This document shows, in pieces, positions 23,740-36,890 of a DNA stretch of 64,000 nt. The position numbers and the translations under genes were made by a program. The notes under the pieces are model-generated. The model was not told the origin of the DNA, did not search any database, and saw only the letters and a list, made by a program, of their open reading frames with translations. Each line of letters opens with the position of its first letter. Position 1 is the first letter of the stretch. The DNA is from Pseudovirgaria hyperparasitica (lineage: Eukaryota). The stretch lies in the NCBI GenBank assembly GCA_010093815.1, contig ML996570.1; one strand, given 5' to 3'.

Positions 23740-24898
23740 TTCTTATATCGAATTGGATGTCCGGATGTGTTTCTTGGGTTTATGAAGGATTCTTAGTCTC
23801 CTTCGTCACTGTGTAATTAATTAGAGCTATTAGCTATTCTACAAATCAGGGTGACGACACGTGACCAAAAGGGTTATTCGCATCATTCTAGGTGCATTGG
23901 CTTCTATTGCTCTCAATAACGATACAAGACACCTGCTTAGTACTCGGGCAATTACTTCGTTCCATATATCGTGCTTATGCGACAGCATGAACCAGCGGAC
24001 CTCCAATATACACTCAATCGATTCATCTATAGGGAGCCCCAAGGCCGGTGGAACATTGCAAGCGAGCTTCCAGAGACGAAAGTGTCAGTCATCATAGTCC
24101 ACGAAACGTCAAACAACTTTCACATTCGTGTGTTTCTCACATCGTGGTGATCGTGGGATATTGACACTGACAGCAGCTTTGGCATTCAGGCGGGCACCGC
24201 GCCTATGGATGACTGGATCCATTATTATTCCTCTCCACTTATGCCGCCCGGTCCCGTTGTCGCAAAATGAGCTGGACCTGCTTTCAACACTTCCACGCAC
24301 ACGCCCACGCTCGTCACTTTGTTGAGCGTGGGAAGCAACAGCACGAGCATGCCTCACCCCCAAGACGAGCGCAACTCTCTCTCACCGGTGAATACGACAT
24401 GGTTCATCTCCAGACCAGTTGTGCCTTGGAATGACGATGAACAACAGACGCCTTTGAGGTAAATTCCGTTCAGCTAGCCACTAGCTGATCCAATCCTCAT
24501 TTCCGCTCGCCCACAAGCCTTCGCATATTACGGTCTATCGTCGAATTAGTCTTTGCATCGCTTCTTCTTGTCTTGCCTGCATGCTGTGTCAGGTTGTGCT
24601 TGCTGTGGTCTTGTATACTTGAGAAAAGGCAACTGCTTCGTACAATATACCCCTCTGATTCTACCATCCGTGTGACTTATTGAAGCCTGAAATGCAAGGT
24701 TGCGGTATTCTTTTCTTTTAAACTCCTCCTAAATCTATAGTGAGTGAGCATTGTGAAGCTCCACAACACTTAGGCAAAGTCAGTCTAACATTGCTTAGAC
24801 CGTCGGCCAGTACGTACTGACTGAAGAGCTATAATTCTTTCCGCACAGCCTTCCAATCTGGTCCAGTGTTCAAGTCATAGCTGTACTCTCCCACTACT

Positions 24899-26177
24899 AT
24901 GTCAGTTTCATTGATTCAGCTCGAGCCTATCAAGCTTGGTCAACAGTCATTCCGATACTTTGGTCTCAAGCTCATTGACGAAGTGAGCCATCATTTATGA
25001 GGACAAGGAAGTGCTTCGACTAACTCGTCTCTAGGGTGCTGCAAATGTGGTTTACAAGCTGACCGAGCTATTTCCTGGAGATATTAGATCTACTTCCTCC
25101 GATACTTCGCCAAAGTTTATGGTGTCTAGCAGTATAGCCCATATCAACTTCACGCGGATGCTTCTCCGGGTCCGTAAGGCGGCCGCAGAGAATGTTGAGA
25201 CTCAATGCGATATTGTTGACAAGCTCAATAATCTCATACCAAGCCATCACATTGTTCAGATGATCCCTGTACAAGCTTCGTCTGAGCTTTTAAGTGCGCT
25301 TAACTCAGACTTGCTCACCCGAGAACGTCAGAGAAGACGACCTCAGATACGTTGCGGTAGTATGATCGAAGAGACCAATCCGACCGTGGTGCTTGTTGAG
25401 GACATGAGCGCGGAGTCTACAATGTCATTCACGGTTGAGTTCAAACCGAAGTGGCTAGTGCAGTCGCCTGATGCTCCAAAGGATGCCATCCGATGCCGCA
25501 CCTGCGCTCTACGAGCTATGAAACTTTTACAATCCCGAGATGGAAAACTCTTGACAAAAGTACCGCCATTCTGCCCGCTTGAGCTCGTAGAGGGAAAACA
25601 AGATTTTGTCCGACATGCGATGTCCGGTTTACTGCTGTCCGCTAAGCTACCCTACGAAAGAGGTAGCTCGAATTATGAAGCTGTGCTAAAAGACCTGGTC
25701 CATTACTTCTCCGATGGGAACGAGGGAAACAAGCTCCTCCATTCTATCAGGAAGGCCCAGCAGCATTTTTCCCCTGGCCCATTCAGAGACCTTCCGGAAC
25801 TCAACCAAGACCGCAATACTACCTCCATCGTCACTGTGAAGAAACTCGAGGCTGCCGTCACAACTATGACGTTACGAGATGTATCTCTATTTCTACGCTA
25901 TACATTCTCCCAAAGTAAGAAAGATGGTTCAGTCATAGAGGCGAAGCTGGCCGATCTTGATAAGAAGTCAATTGACAAGATAAGTTCGTGGAAGGATACC
26001 GAGCTGAAGCTGCAAAGCGGTGGCTACTACGCCAACAAAGAACCCAACGCTGTGTTCGAGAAGATCTGTTTATTGTCTCGACCTCGTCAGCAAGGCTATC
26101 GTGCCCAAGATATGTCAAGTGAGCTTCAAGATACAGGGTATTCTCACGTGCATAGGAGTACCCCTTCGACTTGTTGA
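24899..26177 (+). CDS. IPK1: Inositol-pentakisphosphate 2-kinase
   Basis: Intron 24983-25034 restores EGAANVVY. Further motifs: VEFKPKWLVQSP, CRTCAL, FCPLEL, MTLRDVSLF, ADLDKK. Confidence 0.85.
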
Positions 26178-27275
26178 AATTATACAGTAATACTGCAACA
26201 CTGTATAGATCTCTGCTCAAGTCTGCTCCACTGATCAGCCGAACATTATCTCGCATATGAGATTATGCATGTTCACGTCGACAGTGACGCATATGTTTTA
26301 TCCGCAGGCCCCTTCTGATTGGACACATCGACTTATTCGACAGCCCGGAGCAAGTCAATGTCACCACAACTTTCGCCCCAACATTGGCCAAGTAATAATC
26401 CATCAGGCAGAGAACTCAGTAATGAGCGAGGTCATCCGGCAGGACTAAGCAAAGTGACGAGACAATTACGACACCCGCTATAACAGCACAAAGCCACGCC
26501 TTCGGGGCAATTCACGGTGGGTGTTACCTCGAAACCGAAGTACCTTCTCCGATCTGTCCTTGTTCCAGTGTACGCGGAGGTATTACTTTTCGGACTGAGG
26601 CCAGAGCAGTCGATGTCGTCGTCAGAACCGGTCTCGGTATTCCGATGCTTACTGAAGACACAGAGCGCAGTGTAAGAGCCTGTCGAAAAGCCGACGTAGT
26701 TATGCTTTAGATTCAAGATTATGACCGCAATGCTCTTGGACACCATTAAGAGGCGCTCGATGCGTGGGCATGGTCGCGAGCATTATGTTGTGACGTTTAA
26801 GAAATGCTCCAAGGCAAGGCAGATACGCACGTCTGGTAGAATGATCCTCATTGGTGATGCGCAGTGGAATGTTTTTGAGATGTCTTGTTGCTCATCTGTC
26901 TTCACTTCGAGTAAAGTCAAGCATAGTCTATCGTATAGTTTTACAAAAACCTCTCTATAGTTTCATGAATCTTCTAAGAGGCTAGTGCTATTCACTGAGG
27001 CATACGTAACAGACACTGGACCCCCAATATTATACTATCCGTGCCACACGAACGAGCCAAACCTGCCCTGCAACTAATGTAGTCGCGTGGGCCACTCCCA
27101 CCACCAGAATCTATGGTTCAACATATAACCCACGAACCATCGGTCGACGCTCTGGACCACCGCCGGAACGTCAGAGCATCAAGGAGCACCGCATCAGGGA
27201 TCATCGCTCCAAGTCGAGATGTATCGTCCAGTGTGCCGTTGAAACACATAAGCCTTTGTCAGGCCGGGCCTCCCG

Positions 27276-27323
27276 CCGGGGTGTAGCGGGGAAATGTGGA
27301 CCTCCTGGAGGGAAAATCTGGGG
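27276..27323 (+). promoter_or_regulatory. Cluster of four CreA/Mig1-type SYGGRG sites upstream of abfB
   Basis: CCGGGG at 27276, GCGGGG at 27286, CTGGAG at 27305 and CTGGGG at 27318: four sites in 48 bp, ~560-610 bp before the abfB ATG. Confidence 0.55.
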
Positions 27324-27884
27324 TATGTGGTGATTAGCGCCCCACGCGTGGCTACCTACCGGGATTTGCGCAGACGACATGGGGATCTACTTGTACTATA
27401 TATGCCATCAGCGGTTCCATATAGTAGTCGAGCCTCGCTCTAGTTGTGGATCGGACGCTATCTCATTAGGAAACGCTGTCTCGTGACACTTATTGGGTCA
27501 ACCCACCGGAACTTGTGCTCCTGTCAACTTGTCATTCGCTGCGAATCTCTCTGCTTTTGTGCGATGCATGGGCTTTTTATGGTTACGGCCCGGTTCTGGA
27601 GAGTGGAGTGGGCTTAATATCAACAAGAGTAACGAATGGCAACCTTTGGTGAGACGTGGTGCCGCGTGTGATCATAGTTCAGATCAGGGGTATAGTGGTT
27701 TACGTTTATGATATGCATTATCCCACCGGAACATGTGGCCTTCGCGGATGTTTATTCCTACAAAGAGAGAAGTTAAGAACAATACGAACACTTTGTTTGC
27801 CTCACCAACGGTATTTTTTAAATACACCCCTTGATACTGTTGATACAACGCTTTGCTCTCATCTACGGCTTGTGTCAATCGAAT

Positions 27885-29587
27885 ATGCTTCCCAGACTAG
27901 CATTGGCCCTTGTGGCGGGAACTACGGTCAGTCACACACTCATGCCAATCTTCAAGGCCTCAACTGACGGCCCATAGTTTGCAATCGCTGGGCCTTGTGA
28001 TATCTATTCGTCAGGAGGCACACCATGTGTCGCGGCACACAGCACTACTCGAGCATTATACAATGCCTTCACAGGCTCCTTATACCAAATCAAGCGCGGC
28101 TCTGACAATACCACAACGAACGTCGCACCACTGTCCGCTGGTGGAGTTGCAAATGCTGGCACCCAGGATAAATTCTGCTCTGGCACTACGTGTTTGATCA
28201 CAATCATTTACGACCAGTCTGGAAAGGGAAATCATCTTACTCAAGCCCCGCCAGGTGGCTTCAAAGGTCCAGAATTGAACGGATACGATAACCTTGCTAG
28301 TGCGATTGGAGCGCCTGTCACCTTGAATGGACAGAAAGCGTATGGCGTATTTATCTCCCCTGGGACTGGATATCGCAGTAAGTGAAGTATGGTATCGATC
28401 ATTAAGCCAAAACTGATCCACTAAAGATAACGTTGGGTCCGGTATTGCAAGAAAAGATGCCTCGGAGGGCATGTATGCAGTTTTTGACGGCACTCACTTC
28501 AACGACGGCTGCTGCTTCGACTACGGCAACGCCGAGACGAATAACCTCGACACTGGCAATGGACACATGGAGGCCATCTACTACGGCACGAACAGCTTCT
28601 GGGGTTCCGGTGCTGGGTCCGGTCCTTGGATCATGGCTGATGTTGGTGTCCCCTTGAGCTCCCTTGACAATATGGCTAACAGAAATCACACAGCTAGAAA
28701 ATGGCCTTTTCTCTGGGTACAATGTCAAGAACAACGCTGCAGACCCAACCATCAACTACCGCTTCGTCACTGCTACTCTCAAAGGTCAAGCAAATAACTG
28801 GGCCGTAAGTACTCCCCCTTTCCTCCTTCCCACCACCCCTTCTAACACATTCTAGATCCGCGGCGCAAACGCCGCATCCGCAACCTCCCTCTCCACATAC
28901 TACACCGGCCAACGACCCAATGCCTCCGGCTACAACCCCATGAGTAAAGAAGGCGCCGTCCTTCTCGGCATCGGCGGCGACAACTCTATCAGCGGCCAAG
29001 GTACCTTCTACGAAGGCGTCATGACCTCCGGCTTCCCCTCCGATGCCACCGAAAATGCCGTCCAGGCCAACATAGCCGCCGCAAAATACGCAACCACCCC
29101 CCTCTCCACCGGCTCCGCGCTCACTGCAGGCTCCAGCATCAGTCTGCGCGCCACAACCCCGGGCTACACCACCTCATCACTCACACACGCTGGCGCCTCT
29201 GTCAGCATCGCGGCCGTGTCGAGTACATCCAGCAGCGCGGCAAAGCTAGCCGCCTCGTGGACGGTGCGCGCGGGCCTGGCGGATAGTGCGTGCTACTCGT
29301 TCGAGGCGCGCGATGCGCCAGGCTCGTATTTGCGACACAATGCATTTGTGCTGTATGTGAATGCGAATGATGGCTCGAAGCTGTTCCATGAGGACGCGAC
29401 GTTTTGCACCATGGCCGGGCTAGATGGGCAGGGGAGCTCGTTGCGTAGCTACAATTATCCGACGCGGTTTGTGAGGCATTATGAGACGGTGGGATATCTG
29501 GGGAGTAACGGCGGTGTGCATGCATTTGATGCAGCGACGAGTTTCAATGATGATGTGAGTTTTGTGGTTGGGGGTGCTTTCGCGTAA
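27885..29587 (+). CDS. abfB: Secreted alpha-L-arabinofuranosidase B (GH54 catalytic domain + CBM42)
   Basis: Introns 27927-27977, 28378-28426, 28642-28693 and 28805-28855. Signal peptide MLPRLALALVAGTTFAIA; GPCDIY..TPCVAAHSTTRALY, GCCFDYGNAE, GPWIMADLENGLFSG, LGIGGDNS..GTFYEGVMT; C-terminal CBM42 (SYLRH, FHEDATF, TRFVRHY). Confidence 0.96.
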
Positions 29588-30018
29588 AGGGGTCGGGAGT
29601 GAGTTTGTTGGAAGGAGAGTGTGGAAAGGGAATGGGTATGTGTTGTATTGGATGGAATCTAGTATGGCCATGAGTTCCATTTCCGGATAGTGAGACAACT
29701 TCCCGCACATTCTGATTGTACTACTTCGTGTATGAACGACGTTGATGTGTGATCGACGAGACGTTGAATCATAGAGGGTTGTGTGTGCCGGCGGTGTGTG
29801 TGCTGGATATTACTAATCAATACCTGTACGATAGCGACATCTGCGTTGAGGCTTTTTGTCCTTCTTGGGGTCGAGATGGTTGCCTGATTTGCCAGTTTCG
29901 AGTCGAGCGCCACGGCCGTTCTTGATAGGCTCTCGGTGTACGAGGCTCTTTGTCTAAGAGGCTGAGCACGAAGGAGGGGCTGGAAGCTGGAACTCATAAA
30001 CACCCTCATCTCTGGTCG

Positions 30019-30779
30019 ATGTCTCCAGCGTCACTTGTCCAGCAAATGTCGTTACGGCGGAATTCACGGGTCCTCACACCTGGCTCTCCTGGCGAGCCAC
30101 GCGCGCAGCACAATAACACTGCCTTTGATACGTCTTATACTGTCACTAGCCCAACCTTCAAGTCAAGGCAATGTTCGAGCTCCAGAGATTCACTATATAA
30201 CTCCTCCTTACAGAGAGGTCCTGATGTACCTAATCTGGCGGGATATCTCGGCTGCGTTCCTCAAGCTAGTGCTTCAAGACATCAAGCTCGAGTGCCTCGA
30301 GGTCACTATGCCGGCTACAGCAGTCGAGCTTCCCAGGCCGGTCCTTTGGGCCATGAAGCTCCAGTTCCTCAGTACAGTGGCCCGGGATATGCCGCAGCTA
30401 GTGCAACTGCGCTTGCTGTAGGAGCTGTCGGTGCCTCTATAGGGTATATGTATGGGCACAGAACCAAATTGCCAGTCTATGAACAACTGTGAGTCAAAAT
30501 ATCCGCTGACATGATTCAGCTAATCATGAGTGAACTAGCAATATGGAGGATATAATGGGCAACGAAACTCTTGAGCAGCAACGTTACGTTCAACTAGCAC
30601 CAAAGGTCCCAGGCGAAGCATATACTGGAAATCGTCCCCCACGTGTGCGCGGCAACTGTGCAAGCGCTGTCTCTTTCAGGGAGGAAGATGTCAACGTCAC
30701 TGAAGATAGAGGCACGAATGAGGAGACGCAAGGCGAAACTACTAATTATGATTGGTACGCAGTGTCCGAGGGAGAGTGA
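30019..30779 (+). CDS. Hypothetical low-complexity protein with one hydrophobic segment
   Basis: Track ORF 29950..30492 joins ORF 30543..30779 in frame through intron 30489-30538 (GTGAGT..GCTAAT..TAG). Hydrophobic stretch AASATALAVGAVGASIGYMYG. Start uncertain. Confidence 0.45.
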
Positions 30780-31729
30780 GCGCGATGTATCATACATCAG
30801 AACTCATGCTATTATATTGTGACAGATTCACTAGACGTATTCTAAACTATGAAGTCACTGATCTTACATGTATCGGTAGTGATTACTAGTGTCCGTCTCA
30901 TTCGTGGATGTTAGCCCGTGCCATGTCAAATCTTAAGGAACCCCTGAGCATCCCAAAGCTCGGAACACACGAGTTGGCTTATGCCGACTCTCCGGTTGGT
31001 TGAGACTTAGACACGTTAGGTCTCACATTCTTATTTAGACTAGTCTTTGAGAATTCTTATTAGGAGGTCTTGCGAAATCTAGTCTATGGAAGAGAATAGA
31101 CGACATAAATGAAGGCATGGATATGAAGAAGATAGCAATAGATGAGGTAGAAGAAGATATGAGATATAAAAAGACGACCTTTCAAGCACGTAAGTTGATG
31201 AGCAAACCTTTCTCGAAAATAGACTTAGATTAGAATATAGAATTTGTGGTAGAATTGCTCTGCACACATATTTACTTATGTATATCACGATTCTCAATGT
31301 GACTCGAACACTTTTACTTCTGCAGTGCCGATTCCATATTGAAGCAAAGACCATTTCTTCGCAGTAGGCCTTATTAGAACTGAATTATGAATACTCGATC
31401 CTATGGAAGGTGAATAATGCATTGAATCACTCATTCGGAGCTCTGACCATCCGACTCACCGACTTCCGAGTAAGCTTTGTAATGCTGTTATCACTAGCCG
31501 ATCCGATCTTATTTACACTCAGACAGTGCAAGGGCCAAATACAGTCTCAGATGCATATATATAAAGACACATTGCCATGTTGACATTGTGTTATACATTA
31601 GGAAAAACAGTCCTACCACAGTCCAACTCCCTATTTCAACCAAACAGACAATCCGCTATAAATAAAAGTCAATCCCCAATTTCTCTAATCATCACCACTA
31701 TTTCTCACACAAGAAAGCATCATAACATA

Positions 31730-32401
31730 ATGTCCACTCTCAAACCGTTGACGTTATGGGGCAAAGGCGGCATCAACCCCAGCAAAATCGCCATCCTCCT
31801 CGAGGAACTCCACATCCCATACGACGTAAACCCATACCCAATGTCCAAAGTTAAAGATCCTGAATATCTCGCCCTCAATCCCAACGGCCGTCTTCCCACC
31901 ATCGTGGATCCAAACACCGACCTCACACTCTGGGAGTCCGGAGCCATCACCGAGTATCTCATCGAGCAATACGACAAAGACCACACACTAAGCTTTGCCT
32001 CTAACACCACCGAGTCCTGGCACGCAAAGCAATGGCTTTACTTCCAAGTCTCCGGCCAGGGCCCGTACTACGGACAGGCGTCCTGGTTCAAGAAGTTCCA
32101 CCCCGAACAGGTGCCGAGCGCACTCACACGGTATGTGGACGAGATGAAGCGCGTAACTGGGGTCTTGGAAGGCCACTTAGCGAAGCAATCCAAAGATAAT
32201 GACGGGCCTTGGCTGGTGGGAAATAAATTGTCCTTTGCAGACTTGTCGTTCCTCACCTGGCAGAAGATCATCACGTGGGTGGTGACAAAGGAGGATGGCT
32301 TTAATCCTGCGGAGTTTCCGTTGGTTGCGGAGTGGATGGAGAAGATGCTGGCGCGTGATAGTGTCAGGATAGTAATGGGCGAATTAAAGCCTGCGGCATG
32401 A
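31730..32401 (+). CDS. Glutathione S-transferase, Ure2p/Nu-like class
   Basis: Intronless. NPSKIAILLEEL, LNPNGRLPTIVD, LWESGAITEYL, WLYFQVSGQGPYYGQ, WLVGNKLSFADL. TATA-like TATAAATA ~75 bp upstream. Confidence 0.92.
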   Translation: MSTLKPLTLWGKGGINPSKIAILLEELHIPYDVNPYPMSKVKDPEYLALNPNGRLPTIVDPNTDLTLWESGAITEYLIEQYDKDHTLSFASNTTESWHAKQWLYFQVSGQGPYYGQASWFKKFHPEQVPSALTRYVDEMKRVTGVLEGHLAKQSKDNDGPWLVGNKLSFADLSFLTWQKIITWVVTKEDGFNPAEFPLVAEWMEKMLARDSVRIVMGELKPAA

Positions 32402-33344
32402 TGTGCGGATGAGGCGAGGAAGTTGACGGTTCATGGGGGATGATGATTTAGAAAGAGGCTGTTCATGTGTGATAACTGCGGCTACTACTACGGTCTTTTC
32501 AGTCTTTACAATATGTCTTCAGAACACCAAGAGTATTCTAAGAAGAAAGTTCTGCTTTATTGTTCATTTTCAATAATCCGGTATGACGGTATCTACATTA
32601 CTAAACGACCGTTCCTCTTAGAGCCCTAGCAGGTGCGTCTTAATCTGTCTTCGAGTTTAGTCCATAGTAGTTCTTGTATTAAAGGTATAAAACTTTGTCA
32701 AAGTTCCTCATTGTCTAGACTTTACCCTTCATTTCTGTTCGCTAATACTAGTATCAACCTAGACTTGCAAATGGCTCTACATGCTAGACGGGTAGTAAAG
32801 ACTTACTACATGTAGTGCTGGGTGAACGCAGTTTCTATTCTAGGCAATGACGTAGTAACCCGTCTTTACTATATATGGTTTCTTTCACCTATACACATTT
32901 CTTTAAGCAGTGTCCTGCGCCAAGGGTAGGACGATATATATGTAGAGAATATGTATTTGGAGTTTACGGTCTCACAGAGGAATTAAGGATATTATAGATT
33001 GAAGATTCGTATTATTTATTGTTAGATAATACTATCTCAAGTAGGAAGCTCTTACACCCGTGTATGTAACGCGATAAGGAAATGTCTGACCGAATTGCTT
33101 ATCTTGAAGTTGCTTATGTTCATCCTCTATGTATGTGTGTCCTTATGCTCAATTTTAGCAGATAGCTATATGTATACATACGAGGCGACCCCACAACAAG
33201 TGACTAATGCAGCACAATAGATGATAAAAATCTTAACATATACTTTATTCATATATTCATCACTTGTGGTATATGACACAGTAGTACGCAGCGAGGACTA
33301 CACGCTATGCCATCTCTCCCACACATCCACCTCACACTGCACAA

Positions 33345-35882
33345 TCACACCGTCAGACTCCCACTAACCACCAAATCTCGCGAACTGAACCCAACACTAA
33401 CACCGATACTCTCACTCGGCAACGTCCATTGCTGTGCAACGACATCCCAATAGCTCAGATCGCGCCTCATGAGCTCGAACTCGACCGTCTTGCTCTCGCC
33501 CACCTCCAGCATGACCTTATCGAACCCTCTCAACACCCGCACCGGCGTCCCGGCGCCCACGCTTGCCGGCATGCTGATGTACAGCTGCGGCACCGTCTGG
33601 CCCCCGACACTGCCCGTGTTCGCCACCGTGACGCTGACGCTCGCGATGACGTCCCAAAGCTCGGCGTTGCCGCCCGGGACGATAGGCGTGGCTGGCGAAG
33701 GTGTACGTGCAAGTGGCGACGTAAACGTGTATGTGACAGCGAGATCAGCAAGGGAGAACGACGTGTAGCTGAGGCCGAAGCCGAACTCGTACGCGACGGA
33801 TTTGTTGAATGCGTCGAATTCACGGTAGTCGGTCAACTGGCCCTCTGTGAAGTCTGCCTGCCAGGCGTTTGGATCGGTAGATGCAAGAAGTGCAGAGCTG
33901 TTAACGAGATTGTATGCGTAGTCGTCTGCGTTCTTGGCGATGGTGTAGGGGAGGTGGCCTGACGGGTTCGTCTTGCCGTACAGGACGTCGACGATGGAGT
34001 TTCCGGTTTGCTCGCCGGGGTAATGAGCGGCAAGGATGGCAGTGACGTTCGGATTATCGGCCCAGGGCATGATTACGGGTCCGGGACCGTGGACGACGAC
34101 TATGGTGTTGTTGCAGACTGAGGTGACGGCGGCGACCACGGCGGTCGAATTAGATTCGGCGATGAGGGAGAGCCGGTCGAAGCCTTCGGTGGCCCAGGAT
34201 TTGAGAAAGACGAGACAGGTGTCTGGGACTGGAGCAAGGCTTTCGAGGCCGGCTTTTGTGATGTACTTGTTGTCGAGGATGTACTGGACTAGCGTCGAGT
34301 CGGCTTGGCCTTGTGCCTTCAGGGCTTCGAGGGGTGAGACGATATACGAGAATCTTCCGGCGCCAGAGCCGCCACCGACGGCAAAGGTTCCAAACTCAGG
34401 GAAGGAAAAGGCATCGAAGAGTGCAAAGTAGTACAACCCTTGAGAGGCATCACTCGCATCGTTGCCGAAGATGGCGAGGTTCTTGGGACTACTTAGTGGT
34501 AGAGCATTGTTCTCGTTCTTGAGAAGCACTGTACCGGCAGCACCAAGCTCACGGATCAGATCAGCATGGCCCTCACCACGGGCATCAACAAGAGGCCCTT
34601 GTTTGAAGATTTTGTCTGCTTCTCGCGCCCCGAAGAAGTTGAGACTGCCAGTGGTTTCGTCAACAGGCGGAAAATTCTCGTCTTGATGGAGATGAAAGTA
34701 AGGGGTCAGGATGCGGAGCACCATGTCATCCAGACGTGCCACATCAAGTGTCCTATTATTCACAGCGGACGTGATATTGGCACCGAAAAAGCTTCCACTG
34801 CTCAGGTCGCCAAAGCTAATAGTGCCTGGCATGTCCATGTCCTGTCCAGCCTCGATGGCAGCTACACCAGAGTGTGTGGCACCCCAATCAGACATGACGT
34901 AGCCCTGGAAGCCAAGTTCAGTCTTGAGGAGGTTGTTTAGTGTATGAGAGTTTTCGCAGCCATAGGTTTGGTTCTATTGAGACTGATCAATAAGCAATTA
35001 CTGGCGATCAAGGATGGATCACTTACCAATCTATTGTATGAGCACATAATACTGGCAGAGCCAGCACGTACCGCATTCGCGAACGGCCATAAGTATAGCT
35101 CATGCAACGTCCGGTCATCGATATTTGACGAGATCGATTTAATAGTCGTACCGTTGACAGTAGTAGGATTGCGCTGAGTTTCTTGCTCGTTTCCAATGTA
35201 ATGCTTGGAGGTCGCCTGGACACCAGCAGCTTGCAGGCCCAAGACTGTTTCTTCCATTGCGACACCACTCAGATAGGGGTCAGTAGCAAACCCTTCCCAA
35301 TTGCGACCCCCAAAGGGGCTGCGGCCAAGAGGTCCCGCGACAGGCGCCAAGGCAATGTGCGATCCTTTGGCTCTGAACTCCTCGCCCAGATACCGACCAC
35401 GAGCGTTGATTAATCCACGATCCCAAGACGCACCGGCCGCGATACCCGCGGGAAAGACGCTGGCGTACAGAGCTTGCCTGATAGCTGCTGGACCGTCTTG
35501 AAGACATAGGCCACCGAATCCGATGCGCTCTATAGGTGCGATGTTCCCCTTGACATAGTAAGCAACGTATCAGGACATTAGGTCAGGACACTCTTACGGC
35601 ACATGGACCAGAAGACCCCGTCACCAGACCGACTTTTTCTGCCAGAGTAAGGTTTGAGACCCAAGTCTGTGCCTTGGACAGAGACTCTTCCCATCCTCCC
35701 GAGCCGCTTATCTTAGCTACAGTGGGTGTTAGTATGGTTCGACATGAAAAACAAGATTGATACTTACGTGAAGGATAGAACGAATCGCTTGAAGCGTATA
35801 AAGAACTATCCCATTCAGCATTTCCAAGAGCAACAAAGAAGCCAAGTAGTGACAAGCACCACAACTTGTTGATTGAAGCCAT
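33345..35882 (-). CDS. Secreted GH3 beta-glucosidase with C-terminal Fn3-like domain
   Basis: Introns 35717-35767, 35549-35597 and 34974-35026. Signal peptide; LCLQDGP, GRNWEGF, KHYIGNEQE, MCSYN, nucleophile motif GYVMSDW, VLLKNE, YEFGFGLSYT, LRGFDK. Confidence 0.96.
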
Positions 35883-36638
35883 GGTAATTGATGACTGGGG
35901 GTAGTGAGCCCGAGATAGGGTGCTTGGAATCTATCATAGTAGCGGCACGGGCTGTCCTTTAAATGCTGAGTGGTGAAGTCGCCAGAAGATCGCATATGCC
36001 AGACGGCTTATGGCCTTTCCCACCTGACGGGAGAGCAAGAAGCTTCGATCAAGGCCAGCTTCTCCACATCGCGAGCGCATGATCTATGGAGACCCGAAGT
36101 TGCCCCATATTATATGGGTCATGGATGAAGACCTTCCGGCGGCGCAGTTCTACTTTGGCTGTCTACCTTATTGCTAAGGTGGAGAAGACCAGTAAGAAAG
36201 AAAGTATCGCTACTGTCACGTCAAATATAGGTACTCAGCCTACAGCACTTGACTAGACACTGAGAAGCATTCGTGCCTTCTCCGGATCAAAATAGTCGGC
36301 CACTCAAGCAAGACACAACGAAGAGGCTCATCTGCCAAGATACAGCTGTTATCTCTCAGCAAAAACACCCATTTTACGGGATTGCGTGATACACTGGATT
36401 GAGAGAACGAAACTACCTTGACTCGGCACGAGGTGTAAGTCTGACCGGCAGTTGTATCATTTGCCTCAAGCATTCCTTCCGACAACCATGAGGTTGGTCA
36501 AGACAGCATAAGTTAGGGTTGACTCTGCAGGGCCAGCTTGATAGTACGGGCCCAACCCAATCGTCATTCAACCTTCACTTCTCCGCATCTCACTGGTACT
36601 TATTGAATAATATGATTGGATACCATGATGTCAGTATT

Positions 36639-36890
36639 TGGGGTCGGCAGCGAAAACCTTGTCAGAGAAAGGTGAAAGTGGGTCGACATCGGAGTTCAGG
36701 CTCTTCTCGCTGGGTCCTCTACACGCTTCTCCGCAAAGTCTGCGATGTTACGTGATGGGATCTGGGGTCGGCAACGAGAACCTTGACAGAGAAAGGTGAA
36801 AGTGGGTCAACATCGGAGTTCAGGCTCTTCTCGCTGGGTCCTCTACACGCTTCTCCGCAAAGTCTGCGATGTTCCGTGATGGGATCTGGG
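36639..36890. repeat. Tandem duplication with a 124-bp period (2 copies, 5 mismatches)
   Basis: Copy 1 starts at 36639 (TGGGGTCGGCAGCGAAAACC...), copy 2 at 36763 (TGGGGTCGGCAACGAGAACC...). Confidence 0.95.

Noticed and set aside
26432..26746. Small Cys-rich minus-strand ORF as a secreted effector
   Set aside because: It has a C-terminal Cys cluster, but I could not build a convincing signal peptide or a clean upstream exon.
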